Assembly: GCA_021782545.1 (NCBI GenBank)
Contig: JAJXUW010000001.1
Coordinates: forward strand, 5,652 to 69,651
DNA length: 64,000 nucleotides
Reading direction: 5' to 3'
From: Deltaproteobacteria bacterium
GTDB taxonomy: Bacteria; Desulfobacterota; Desulfuromonadia; Geobacterales; Pseudopelobacteraceae
Shown here: positions 18,346 to 27,620 of the stretch, piece by piece
Numbering within the stretch: position 1 is the stretch's first letter
Layout of the letters: every line of letters begins with the position of its first letter
The notes under the pieces: model-generated
Told to the model about the DNA's origin: nothing
The model's input: only the letters and a program-made list of their open reading frames with translations
Databases searched by the model: none
Position numbers and translations under genes: made by a program

Positions 18346-20346
18346 GTGGTAGCGCCCTTGAACCTCTCCGTTGATCCAACAGCCTGCCTTTTGATCTCCG
18401 TCTGGCTGCTCGCGTTGTCAGGTCTGCCGGGACTCGTTTTGCGAGGCCATCCCGTTGCCGGGCAGCGGATTGCTGCCGTGCTGGTGCTCGTCGCATCGTC
18501 TATCGGGTGGTATGCGCTCTTCTGCCTGCTGGGTGGAACGCTCGGCGGCATATATCAGCTGGACTGGCCGATGCCGTTTGGGCCGGCCCTGTTTGCGGTG
18601 GATCCGCTTTCCGCCCTCTTCCTGTTTCCGCTCTTTCTGGTGAGCGGCTGCGTCGCCCTGTATTCGCTCTCCTATTGGCCTGCGGCCGAAAGGAGTGATA
18701 GTGCAAGGCTCACCCTGTTTGTCGGGGTGTTCACTGCCGCCATGGTCCTGGTGCTGCTTGTCCGTAACGGCGTCCTGTTTCTCATGGCCTGGGAACTGAT
18801 GGCGCTGGCGGCCTATTTTCTGCTGACGACCGAGCAGCACAACCGTGAGGCACAGAAAGCCGGCACCATTTACCTGTTGGCTACGCACTCCGGCACGATG
18901 GCCCTTTTCGCTCTGTTTTCCCTGCTGCATCGGGTGACGGGGTCATTTCTGCTGCCCGCTCCCCACTCACTGTCAACGTCGGTCACGCTCGAGGCCGTCA
19001 TACTGGTCACCGCCCTGATCGGTTTCGGTGGCAAGGCTGGCCTGATGCCACTGCATTTCTGGCTACCCGGTGCCCATGCCAACGCCCCCAGCCATGTATC
19101 GGCGATGATGTCCGGGCTGATGCTCAAGATGGGGGTATATGGCATTCTGCGTACGGTTTTGCTCTTTGTCGACCTGCCGGGCTGGTTCGGCTGGTTGCTG
19201 CTGGTGCTGGGGGGATGGTCGGCGCTAAACGGCATCGCCCTAGCGGCAGGTCAGCGGGACTTGAAGCGGTTGCTCGCCTGCAGCAGTATCGAGAACATCG
19301 GCATCATCTTCATCGGTATCGGCATGGCCCTGGTTGGTCTGCAGACCGGGGCGCAGGTACTGTTCATCTGCGGATTTTTCGGTGCCTTTCTGCATATCGT
19401 CAACCATGGGCTGTTCAAGTCGGTGCTGTTTCTGGGCAGCGGTGTGGTGCTGCACAGCAGCGGCACCCGCGAGATGGACCGGATGGGGGGGCTTGCCAAA
19501 CGGATGCCGGTCACTGCGGCGCTCTTTCTGGTGGCCTCGCTGGCCATCTGCGGGTTGCCACCCTTAAACGGCTTTGTTGGCGAACTGTTTTTGTATCTTG
19601 GTGCGCTGTATGATGGCATTGCCAGCCCACTGCCGGTGCTTGCCCTGGTGGCCCCGCTCTTGGCGTTGGTGGGGGGAATGGCCGCGATCACCTTTGTGAA
19701 GGCCTACGGCACCATCTTCCTCGGCACGGCCCGCAGTACCGTTGCAGAACACCGCCACGCTGCGGATGGCCCCATGGTCGGCCCGATGTTGCTGTTGGCC
19801 GTCTGCTGTCTGGCTATCGGCCTGGCTCCTTTGCTGCTGGTGCGGATGGTTGCGCCGGTGGTCCGGTTCTACAGCGGCGCTGACGTCAATCTGGCCGATC
19901 TGGGCGGATTGCAGATACCGCTCATGCCGCTTACGGCCCTGAACCTCCTGCTGCTTGCCTTGATTGTGGTGCTGGCCGTCTGCTACCGTCTGAGATTGCA
20001 CGGCCTCCCCAAGGCCGCGTCCGCCACGTGGGGATGTGCCTACCAGGCCCCTTCTCCCCGCATCCAGTACACCGGTACCTCGTTTAGCGAGATGATGGTC
20101 AATCTGGTCGGGTACGTTGCCGCACCGCAACGGCTGAAGCCGGTGCTTGCGGGCTTCTTCCCCGCCCGCACCGCTACGTTCAGTTACCGGCCCGTCGAGT
20201 TGTTGCTAGACCGGGTCCTGACGCCGCTCTTCTCTTGGATCGGCCTGGCCTTTTCCTATATGCGGCGATTACAGCATGGACAGTTGCATATCTACGTGCT
20301 GTATGTCTTTGCCACCCTGTTCGTGCTGATGATCTGGGCACACTGA
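18346..20346 (+). CDS. Ehr/HyfB-like membrane subunit (EhrA paralog 2)
   Basis: Same NuoL/HyfB motifs (WLPGAHANAPSHVSA, SSIENIG, HGLFKS, WGCAY); first gene of the ehr run. GTG start is uncertain. Confidence 0.9.
   Translation: MVAPLNLSVDPTACLLISVWLLALSGLPGLVLRGHPVAGQRIAAVLVLVASSIGWYALFCLLGGTLGGIYQLDWPMPFGPALFAVDPLSALFLFPLFLVSGCVALYSLSYWPAAERSDSARLTLFVGVFTAAMVLVLLVRNGVLFLMAWELMALAAYFLLTTEQHNREAQKAGTIYLLATHSGTMALFALFSLLHRVTGSFLLPAPHSLSTSVTLEAVILVTALIGFGGKAGLMPLHFWLPGAHANAPSHVSAMMSGLMLKMGVYGILRTVLLFVDLPGWFGWLLLVLGGWSALNGIALAAGQRDLKRLLACSSIENIGIIFIGIGMALVGLQTGAQVLFICGFFGAFLHIVNHGLFKSVLFLGSGVVLHSSGTREMDRMGGLAKRMPVTAALFLVASLAICGLPPLNGFVGELFLYLGALYDGIASPLPVLALVAPLLALVGGMAAITFVKAYGTIFLGTARSTVAEHRHAADGPMVGPMLLLAVCCLAIGLAPLLLVRMVAPVVRFYSGADVNLADLGGLQIPLMPLTALNLLLLALIVVLAVCYRLRLHGLPKAASATWGCAYQAPSPRIQYTGTSFSEMMVNLVGYVAAPQRLKPVLAGFFPARTATFSYRPVELLLDRVLTPLFSWIGLAFSYMRRLQHGQLHIYVLYVFATLFVLMIWAH
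19462..19577 (+). repeat. Right copy of the 116-bp inverted near-identical tract within the ehrA paralogs
   Basis: Matches the reverse complement of 15648-15763 with 6 synonymous mismatches; the central 81 nt have a single mismatch. Confidence 0.9.
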
Positions 20347-20388
20347 GGCCAGCGTCCGACCACGAAGTCGCCTAAAGGATGACATCCA

Positions 20389-21297
20389 ATGATTGACATT
20401 ATCATCCACTGTACGGTTGCCCTGCTGCTCCCACCGCTTTTGCTCGGCGTGATCACCAAGACCAAGGCGGCCTTTGCCGGGCGTATTGGCGCTCCCCTTT
20501 TACAGTCGTACTACGATATCTTCAAGTTGTTTCGTAAAGGGTCGGTGTTCAGCACCACCACCACCTGGGTTTTCAGGGCCGGTCCGTTGGTGACCCTGGC
20601 CGCCACCGTAACCGCTGCCCTGCTGGTCCCGCTGGGGCGCCACAACGCACCGCTCTCCTTTGATGGCGATATGGTACTGTTTGCCTACCTGTTCGGGCTG
20701 GGCAGGTTTTTTACCACCGCTGCCGCCCTTGACACCGGTTCCAGCTTTGAGGGGATGGGGGCCGCCCGGGAGGTCACCTTCTCCTGCCTGGCCGAGCCGA
20801 CCCTGTTCATCGCGTTGATTACGCTGGCCCGAATGAGCGGATCACTCAGGCTTTCCACGATTCTTACCTACCCCTCGCCCGGCCTGTGGCTTGCCACGGG
20901 CGCCAGCATGCTGCTGCTGGTGGCTGCCCTCTTTATCATCCTGTTGGCCGAGAACTGTCGGATCCCCTTTGATGATCCCACCACACACCTTGAGCTCACC
21001 ATGATCCACGAGGTGATGGTGCTTGATCACAGTGGCCCGGCCTTTGGCGTCATCCTGTACAGTGCGGCCCTGAAACTGCTGGTGCTGGGCGCGGTCTTCG
21101 TCAATGTCGCCCTGCCGGTCAGTACCGGTGATTCCCTGGAGGACTGGGGGCTTTTCGTGGTGGCCATGCTGGCGCTGGCAGTCGGCATCGGCGTAGTGGA
21201 ATCGGTGATGGCGCGGCTCAGGTTGCTGCGCATTCCGCAGCTTTTGGTGGGGGCCACGATCCTTTCGGCCTTTGGCATGCTGCTGGTACTGAGGTAG
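20389..21297 (+). CDS. EhrB/HyfC (NuoH-like) membrane subunit
   Basis: GRIGAPLLQSYYDIFKLFRK, ALDTGSSFEGMGAARE, AENCRIPFD, ELTMIHE. Confidence 0.9.
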   Translation: MIDIIIHCTVALLLPPLLLGVITKTKAAFAGRIGAPLLQSYYDIFKLFRKGSVFSTTTTWVFRAGPLVTLAATVTAALLVPLGRHNAPLSFDGDMVLFAYLFGLGRFFTTAAALDTGSSFEGMGAAREVTFSCLAEPTLFIALITLARMSGSLRLSTILTYPSPGLWLATGASMLLLVAALFIILLAENCRIPFDDPTTHLELTMIHEVMVLDHSGPAFGVILYSAALKLLVLGAVFVNVALPVSTGDSLEDWGLFVVAMLALAVGIGVVESVMARLRLLRIPQLLVGATILSAFGMLLVLR

Positions 21298-21300
21298 CCC

Positions 21301-21942
21301 ATGAACTCTCTGGCCGATCAATTGCTGGTGCTGGTGATGCTGATCAATCTGATCATGCTCGGTTCGAGCCGTCTGATCTTTTCGATCAGGGCGGTCGCCG
21401 CCCAAGGGGTCATCCTGGGTATCCTGCCCGGCCTGATCCACCCTTTTTCGCTGCATCTGACAGGTATCACCGCCAGTGTCATCCTGGCCAAGGGGATCAT
21501 TATCCCGTATCTGATCAGCGACGCCGTTCATAAGGCCCACATCCGGCGTGAGGTGGAGCCGTTCATCGGCTATGTGCCCACTCTTTTTTTAGGGGCTGTT
21601 TTTACGGCGCTGGCCTTTGTGTTCGCGGAGAAGCTGCCGCTCGCACCGGAGCATAAGGAGCTGCTGTTCGTTCCGGCTTCCATCGCCACCCTGCTGACCG
21701 GTTTCCTTATCCTCACCACCCGCCGTAAGGCGATATCGCAGGTCATCGGCTATCTGGTGCTCGAAAATGGCATTTTTGTGTTCGGCCTACTGCTTACCGA
21801 GGCGATGCCGTTCATGGTTGAGGCGGGGGCGCTGTTGGACCTCTTGGTGGGTATTTTTGTGATGGGGATCGTCATCAACCAGATCAGCCAGGAGTTCTCG
21901 TCCCTCGACACATCGCGCCTGCGGGCCCTCAAGGAGGAGTGA
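21301..21942 (+). CDS. EhrC/HyfE membrane subunit
   Basis: KGIIIP, REVEP, GYLVLENGI motifs and operon position. Confidence 0.88.
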   Translation: MNSLADQLLVLVMLINLIMLGSSRLIFSIRAVAAQGVILGILPGLIHPFSLHLTGITASVILAKGIIIPYLISDAVHKAHIRREVEPFIGYVPTLFLGAVFTALAFVFAEKLPLAPEHKELLFVPASIATLLTGFLILTTRRKAISQVIGYLVLENGIFVFGLLLTEAMPFMVEAGALLDLLVGIFVMGIVINQISQEFSSLDTSRLRALKEE

Positions 21943-21946
21943 CGGC

Positions 21947-23386
21947 ATGTTGTACGCCCTGGTTTTGATTCCCCTGGTCGGAGCGCTCTTGGCCTGGGTC
22001 ATTCCCGATAATCGTACACGTCCGCTTGTGCTGCCGGTAATCGCACTGGCGCATCTCGTCCTGACGCTGCTCCTGCTCTGGCATGCGCCACCACCATCGG
22101 CCAACGGTTGGATCTGGCTCGACCCGCTGGGCAAACTGGTGCTGCTCTGCATCAGCGTGCTGTTCAGCATCTGCGCCTTCTATGCCGTCGGTTATCTGGC
22201 CTATCGGCAGGAACGTTCCAACCGCGTGCTCTGCATGGGGCTTCTTGTCTGCCTGGCGGCCATGGGGTTGGTAACCGTCAGCCAACATCTGGGTCTTTTG
22301 TGGGTGGCCTTGGAAACCACCACTGTCGCCATGGCCCCGTTGATCTATTTCAACAAGAACGCCCGTTCAATCGAGGCTACCTGGAAATACCTCCTGATCT
22401 GTTCCGTCGGTATCGCCCTGGCGTTATTGGGCCTGCTCTTCCTCGCCTATTCCACGTACGTGGCCCAGCGGGATGCGACCCTCTTGCTGAGCTCGCTCAT
22501 GGCCACTGCCCGGGGGCTGAACCAGGGGTGGCTGCATGCCGCGGTGATCTTCCTGCTGGTGGGCTATGGCTCCAAGATGGGACTGGCGCCGTTGCACACC
22601 TGGAAGCCGGATGCCTACGGCGAAGCCCCCGGCATGGTGGGGGCGATGCTGGCTGGCGGTTTGGTTAACTGCGCCTTTCTGGCCATCCTGCGGGTCTATC
22701 AGGTCTGCCTGGCCTCCGGCAGCAGTGAACTGCTCTTTTTTCAGCGGGCCCTGGTGGGGATGGGGCTGCTCTCCATGGCCTTTGCTGCGGTTTTTATGGC
22801 CAAACAGGCCGATTTCAAGCGGATGCTGGCCTATTCCAGTGTGGAACACGTGGGGATTCTCGCCATCGGCCTGGGGCTTGGCAAGGGCGCCCTGTTCGGC
22901 GCCTTGTTCCATCTGCTGAATAACGGGCTTACCAAGGGGGTGCTGTTCCTGGCCTCCGGCAATATCCATCGTTCGTATGGCGCCAAGACCACCGATATCG
23001 TGAAAGGCGCCATGACCCGTCTGCCCTGGTCTGGCGGTCTGTTCATGGCCGGTTTTATCGCCATCACCGGGTCACCGCCGTTTGCACCGTTCATCAGCGA
23101 GTACACCATCGTCAGTAGCGCCTTTGCCGAAGGTGATTACCTGGTAGCGGGGGCCTTTCTGCTCTTTCTGGCGATCGTGTTTATCGGCATGGCGCTGACG
23201 GTCCTGCCGATGGTGATGGGGACCCCCTCGGATACCACCCCGCCGACCGGGTATCGTGACAGTGTGCTGATGGTGGGGCCGCCGTTGGTCACCATGCTGA
23301 TTATCCTTGTGCTGGGCGTCTGGCCACCGGCGGCATTGCTGGGGCTTTTAAAGGAAGGGGTGGCGCTTTTGGGGGTGCAGCCATGA
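21947..23386 (+). CDS. EhrD/HyfF proton-translocating membrane subunit
   Basis: EATWKY, GYGSKMGLAPLHTWKPDAYGEAP, KRMLAYSSVEH, GSPPF. Confidence 0.9.
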   Translation: MLYALVLIPLVGALLAWVIPDNRTRPLVLPVIALAHLVLTLLLLWHAPPPSANGWIWLDPLGKLVLLCISVLFSICAFYAVGYLAYRQERSNRVLCMGLLVCLAAMGLVTVSQHLGLLWVALETTTVAMAPLIYFNKNARSIEATWKYLLICSVGIALALLGLLFLAYSTYVAQRDATLLLSSLMATARGLNQGWLHAAVIFLLVGYGSKMGLAPLHTWKPDAYGEAPGMVGAMLAGGLVNCAFLAILRVYQVCLASGSSELLFFQRALVGMGLLSMAFAAVFMAKQADFKRMLAYSSVEHVGILAIGLGLGKGALFGALFHLLNNGLTKGVLFLASGNIHRSYGAKTTDIVKGAMTRLPWSGGLFMAGFIAITGSPPFAPFISEYTIVSSAFAEGDYLVAGAFLLFLAIVFIGMALTVLPMVMGTPSDTTPPTGYRDSVLMVGPPLVTMLIILVLGVWPPAALLGLLKEGVALLGVQP

Positions 23387-24903
23387 TCGCTGCGGCGCAT
23401 AGCATGTATAATGGCTCGTCGGCGCCCGTGTCAGCGATTCCCGAGCTGCCCCTCGACCGATTCCTTGAGACGATCATGGACGCCACCGGGCACGGCTGGC
23501 GAGTGATCGCCTATTTCGGGCTTCCCCGGGGTGTTGCCACCCCGTTGTACTGCCTGCTTGCCGAAGACGCAGAGGGGCGTCTGGCGGCGATGCGGACGGT
23601 CTGTGAAGGCGACTGCCTGCCGTCGCTTACGCCGGCCTGTCCCCAGCTGCATCTGTTTGAACGCGAGATCGCCGAACAGTGCGGTCTGGCCATCGAGGGC
23701 CATCCCTGGTTCAAGCCGGTCCGTTTCCACCGCTCCTGGGTCCCTGGCCGTGATGCCTGGCAGCGTCCGGCGGATGACCCCCTGACGGTGGGGGTGATGG
23801 AGTTTTTTCAGGTGGCAGGTGACGAGGTGCACGAGGTGGCAGTGGGGCCGGTCCATGCCGGTATCATTGAGCCGGGACACTTCCGCTTTCAGTGTCATGG
23901 CGAAGAGGTGTTCCACCTTGAGATATCCCTCGGGTTTCAGCACCGTGGTATCGAGCGGCGGCTCATCGGTGGGCCAGACCTGAAGACGCTGCGGCAGATG
24001 GAGGTGGTGGCAGGTGATACCACCATCGGGCATGCCCTGGCCCACTGTATGCTCATGGAGACGCTGGGGCAGGTCAAGGTGCCGCCCCGTGCCCAGGTGC
24101 TGCGGGGGATAGCCCTGGAGTTGGAGCGGCTGGCCAACCATACCGGCGATATTGGTGCCATTGCCGGTGATACGGGTTATCTGCCCACCGCATCCTTCTG
24201 CGGCCGAATCCGCGGAGACATCCTCAATATGACGGCGGTGCTGTGCGGCAGCCGATTCGGGCGTGGGGTGGTCACCCCCGGCGGGACCGTTTTTGATCTT
24301 GATGCTGCCCGCTGTGACGATCTGCTGAAACGTCTGCAGGCGGTACGCCGTGATCTGACGGATGCCGTGGAGCTGATGCGGAGTACGCCGTCGGTGATGG
24401 CCCGACTGGAAGGGACCGGGACCGTGAGCCGGGAGGTCGCGCTGGAACTTGGGTTGGTGGGTCCTGCGGCCAGGGCCAGTGGCCTCAAGCGGGATGTGCG
24501 GGTCGATCATCCCTTTGGCATCTACCGGATGACCCATCTCCCCCTTGCCACCGGCTTTCACGGTGATGTCTGCGCCAGAGCCGCGGTGCGCTGGCAGGAG
24601 GCAGAAAAATCGCTGGATTTTGTCGAGGAGCAACTGCAGCAGATACCGACCGGTGGACATCGTACCGACTCCTGTCCGCTGGCGGCGAATCAGCTGGCCG
24701 TGGCGCTGACCGAGGGGTGGCGTGGAGAGGTGTGCCACGTGGTGCTTACCGATGACCAGGGCCGTTTTGTCCGTTACAAGATCGTTGACCCCTCCTTCCA
24801 TAACTGGCAGGGGTTGGCCATGGCACTGCGCGGACAGCAGATCTCCGATTTTCCGCTCTGCAACAAGAGCTTCAATCTTTCGTACTGCGGTTCCGACCTG
24901 TAG
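23383..24903 (+). CDS. EhrL/HyfG-like large subunit (NuoC/D-like) lacking Ni-binding CxxC motifs
   Basis: FEREI, VGPVHAGIIEPGHFRF, HRGIE, ELERLANH, EGWRG, DPSFHNW, C-terminal SFNLSYCGSDL; no RxCxxC or DPCxxC. Confidence 0.9.
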   Translation: MIAAAHSMYNGSSAPVSAIPELPLDRFLETIMDATGHGWRVIAYFGLPRGVATPLYCLLAEDAEGRLAAMRTVCEGDCLPSLTPACPQLHLFEREIAEQCGLAIEGHPWFKPVRFHRSWVPGRDAWQRPADDPLTVGVMEFFQVAGDEVHEVAVGPVHAGIIEPGHFRFQCHGEEVFHLEISLGFQHRGIERRLIGGPDLKTLRQMEVVAGDTTIGHALAHCMLMETLGQVKVPPRAQVLRGIALELERLANHTGDIGAIAGDTGYLPTASFCGRIRGDILNMTAVLCGSRFGRGVVTPGGTVFDLDAARCDDLLKRLQAVRRDLTDAVELMRSTPSVMARLEGTGTVSREVALELGLVGPAARASGLKRDVRVDHPFGIYRMTHLPLATGFHGDVCARAAVRWQEAEKSLDFVEEQLQQIPTGGHRTDSCPLAANQLAVALTEGWRGEVCHVVLTDDQGRFVRYKIVDPSFHNWQGLAMALRGQQISDFPLCNKSFNLSYCGSDL

Positions 24904-24925
24904 TGCGTACCCAAGGTGTGACGCC

Positions 24926-25660
24926 ATGATCCGTGCCATTCTCTCCCGTATCAGGCAGGGCCATCGTACCATGCCGTACCCTAACGAGCCGCTTGCCATG
25001 CCGGAGCGCCTGAGGGGCTATCCCCGGCTGACCCTGGCGTCCGGCAACGAAATGAGTGGTGACTGCCCCTACGGTGCCTACGATCCTGCGGCCGGCGGCA
25101 GCCTCGACCTTGGCCGCTGTCTGTTCTGCGCCGACTGCCCGGTCGCTGCAGTCAGCTTTACCACCGACTTTCAGCTGGCGGTCTCCCGTCGGGATGAGCT
25201 GATCGTGCGTCCCGACGCTGGCCGTTACCACGCCGAGCGGCTTTCTGCCCAGTTGCTCAAACTGTTTGGCCGTTCCCTCAAGTTTCGGGAGGTGAGCGCC
25301 GGCGGGTGCAACGCCTGCGAGGCCGACACCAATGTTCTCTCCACCATCGGCTGGGATCTGGGCCGGTTCGGCATCCAGTTCGTGGCCTCTCCTCGCCATG
25401 CCGACGGCCTGTGGGTGACCGGGCCGGTTACCCACAACATGCGTCAGGCGCTTCTCGACACCTATGCGGCGATTCCGGCTCCCAAGATCGTGGTGGCCTG
25501 CGGTGCCTGTGCTATAGGCGGCGGACCGTTTCGCGGGGAACCGGAACAGTCTGACGGTATTGACGGTCTGCTTCCGGTCGATCTGTATATACCGGGCTGC
25601 CCTCCGCATCCGGCAACCATTCTGGAAGGGCTGTTACGGTTGATCGGCCGTATCTCGTAA
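24926..25660 (+). CDS. EhrS/HyfI (NuoB-like) small subunit with an N-terminal ferredoxin-like remnant
   Basis: GGCNACE, SPRHAD, GAC, IPGCPPHP; N-terminal CP and CLFCADCP. Confidence 0.9.
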   Translation: MIRAILSRIRQGHRTMPYPNEPLAMPERLRGYPRLTLASGNEMSGDCPYGAYDPAAGGSLDLGRCLFCADCPVAAVSFTTDFQLAVSRRDELIVRPDAGRYHAERLSAQLLKLFGRSLKFREVSAGGCNACEADTNVLSTIGWDLGRFGIQFVASPRHADGLWVTGPVTHNMRQALLDTYAAIPAPKIVVACGACAIGGGPFRGEPEQSDGIDGLLPVDLYIPGCPPHPATILEGLLRLIGRIS

Positions 25661-25775
25661 CCCCTGCCGGCGGTCCCACCAGCTGTGAACATGCCACGGC
25701 GTGCAGAAAATAGGGGTGTGCAGCGGCTTGTTCTCTGCTACACTGTCCATATGGTTTTCCGTGCAAGGAGTCGTC

Positions 25776-26228
25776 ATGTTGCGTAAGGCACAGATTGGCG
25801 ATGTAAAAGAGATCCAGAAACTCCTGACCTCCTATGCCAACAGGGGCGATATGCTTTCCCGCTCGTTGTCGGAATTGTACGAGTCCGTGCGGGATTTCTA
25901 TGTCGAGGTGGCTGACGATGGCCGGATTCTTGGTGCGGCGGCCCTGCACATCGTCTGGGATGACCTGGCCGAGGTCCGTTCGGTGGCCGTGGCTGAGGCT
26001 GTCGGCCGTAAGGGGATCGGCAGCATGTTGGTGAACGCCTGTATCGACGAGGCCCGCAACCTCGGCCTGCGGCGGATCTTCTGCCTGACATACAAGCCGG
26101 CCTTCTTCGGCAAGCTCGGTTTTTTACTGGTCGATAAGTCGACATTGCCCCAGAAGGTGTGGGGCGACTGCATAAAATGCCCTAAGTTCCCTGATTGCGA
26201 TGAAAATGCAATGGTCCTTGAGTTGTAG
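25776..26228 (+). CDS. Short ArgA-like GNAT N-acetyltransferase
   Basis: MLRKA...MLSRSLSELYE, LAEVRSVAV, GIG, LPQKVW.DC.KCPKFP.CDE.A. Confidence 0.8.
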   Translation: MLRKAQIGDVKEIQKLLTSYANRGDMLSRSLSELYESVRDFYVEVADDGRILGAAALHIVWDDLAEVRSVAVAEAVGRKGIGSMLVNACIDEARNLGLRRIFCLTYKPAFFGKLGFLLVDKSTLPQKVWGDCIKCPKFPDCDENAMVLEL

Positions 26229-26357
26229 TACCATCCCTCCTGTTTGATCTTCCCGTTGTCCCCCTCGGTATACCTCCTGCTGGGAAGGGCGTTGCTTGGA
26301 TACGTCTTCCCTGCCGCTTGGTATGGCACGTCACGCGTGTTTTAGCCTTCCCCGTGC

Positions 26358-27620
26358 TTAGTGCACCGCACAAGAGATGCACGGATCAAAGCAGCGTACC
26401 AGCCGTTCGGCCTGCAACCTGAATTCGTCAGCCGTGGCAGCGGGCAGCCTGTCAACCAGTGCAGCAAGTGAGAGCTTTAGAGCTCTCTGGTTGATGGCGG
26501 TGGGGGTGACCACTTGCGCGGCAGTACAGCGACCGTCTGCATCAAAGCGGTACTGGTGTAGCAGCAACCCGCGGGGCGCCTCACAAAGGACGGTTGCCGA
26601 ACCGGAAGCGACCTGCGGGCTGACCGGTTGTTCAGGGTGCAGGCCGTTTTGCAGCAGTTCATCGATCAGGCGGCCGGCTCGCTCCACCGCCTGCAGGAGC
26701 TCTATTGTCCGTGCCAGGTTCGATCCGGCGGGTGAGGCGGCGATGAGGGCGCTACGATGGTGCCTAAAGGCCGCCTTGGCGGCTGGTTCCAGGGGGGCGT
26801 TGAGATTCAGGCGGGCCAGGGGGCCCACCAGGTACGGCCCTTTGCCTCCAAAATTGCTCACTTTGGCGGTACTGGTGCCGGTCAACTGTTCATCCAGCCA
26901 GTCGTAGGCGTCATCGGCACCAATCCGCACTCCATCGGTGGTTGCCAGATGGGTGCCGACCAGCGATGAAGCGCAGTCCACCGCGCAACCCGGCACAACC
27001 GGTAGCGGTGGCAGTGCCCCATCCAGGCCGGCAATCAGGGCGATGCTGGCCCCGGCTGCGGCGATCGCTGCCCGCAGGTCATCGGCCAGTCGTTGGAGCC
27101 GGTCCCGTGTCGGTACGGTACCCATCCCTCCCAAAAGGAGGTTGAAGGGATGGATCGCCCTGCCACCGACCTGTTCCTGAATCTGGTTTCCAAGGGCCTT
27201 GATAGCCAGGCCCTGCGTAAGCTCGTGGGGGATTTTGCGGGCCAGCCCTGCGAGGCCGCCACAGTCGAGGTAATCGGGCAGGGCCAGGCAGAAGAGATGC
27301 AGGGCGTGACTCTCGATCTGTCCTCCCTGCACGGCCAGTTGGCGAAGTAGTGCCGTTTGGGGACTTACCGTTACCCCGAGCGCCGCCTCCACCGTCTGCA
27401 GGGCCGCAACCTTGTGGATCGTGGAACAGATCGAACAGATCCGGCAGACGATAGCGGGAATTTCATCAAAGCACCGCCCAACGACCAGCGCTTCGAACAG
27501 GCGCAACGACTCGTACAGCTCAAACCGCGCCTCAATCACGCGGCCCTGGCGCTGCACCAGGCGTAGCCGGCCATGCCCTTCTACTCTGGCGATCTGATCG
27601 ATATTACGCACCACTGCCAT
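26358..27620 (-). CDS. NiFe hydrogenase large (alpha) subunit, group 3b-like
   Basis: RVEGHG, L1 motif RICSICSTIH, EAPRG, L2 motif DPCISCAVH directly followed by stop. Confidence 0.9.
   Translation of the reverse strand: MAVVRNIDQIARVEGHGRLRLVQRQGRVIEARFELYESLRLFEALVVGRCFDEIPAIVCRICSICSTIHKVAALQTVEAALGVTVSPQTALLRQLAVQGGQIESHALHLFCLALPDYLDCGGLAGLARKIPHELTQGLAIKALGNQIQEQVGGRAIHPFNLLLGGMGTVPTRDRLQRLADDLRAAIAAAGASIALIAGLDGALPPLPVVPGCAVDCASSLVGTHLATTDGVRIGADDAYDWLDEQLTGTSTAKVSNFGGKGPYLVGPLARLNLNAPLEPAAKAAFRHHRSALIAASPAGSNLARTIELLQAVERAGRLIDELLQNGLHPEQPVSPQVASGSATVLCEAPRGLLLHQYRFDADGRCTAAQVVTPTAINQRALKLSLAALVDRLPAATADEFRLQAERLVRCFDPCISCAVH

Noticed and set aside
19483-19491. G7 tract in both ehrA genes as a phase-variation site
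   Set aside because: Too short, and explained by Met-Gly-Gly codons; both frames are intact.
23383-24903. Calling the Hyf-like cluster a true hydrogenase-4 or formate hydrogenlyase
   Set aside because: The large subunit lacks both CxxC nickel-binding motifs.
23431-24999. 522-aa antisense ORF over ehrL
   Set aside because: Shadow frame of a well-supported high-GC gene; no motifs.
26323-26340. TGGCACG as a sigma54 -24 element
   Set aside because: No correctly spaced TTGC -12 element, and it lies between convergent genes.
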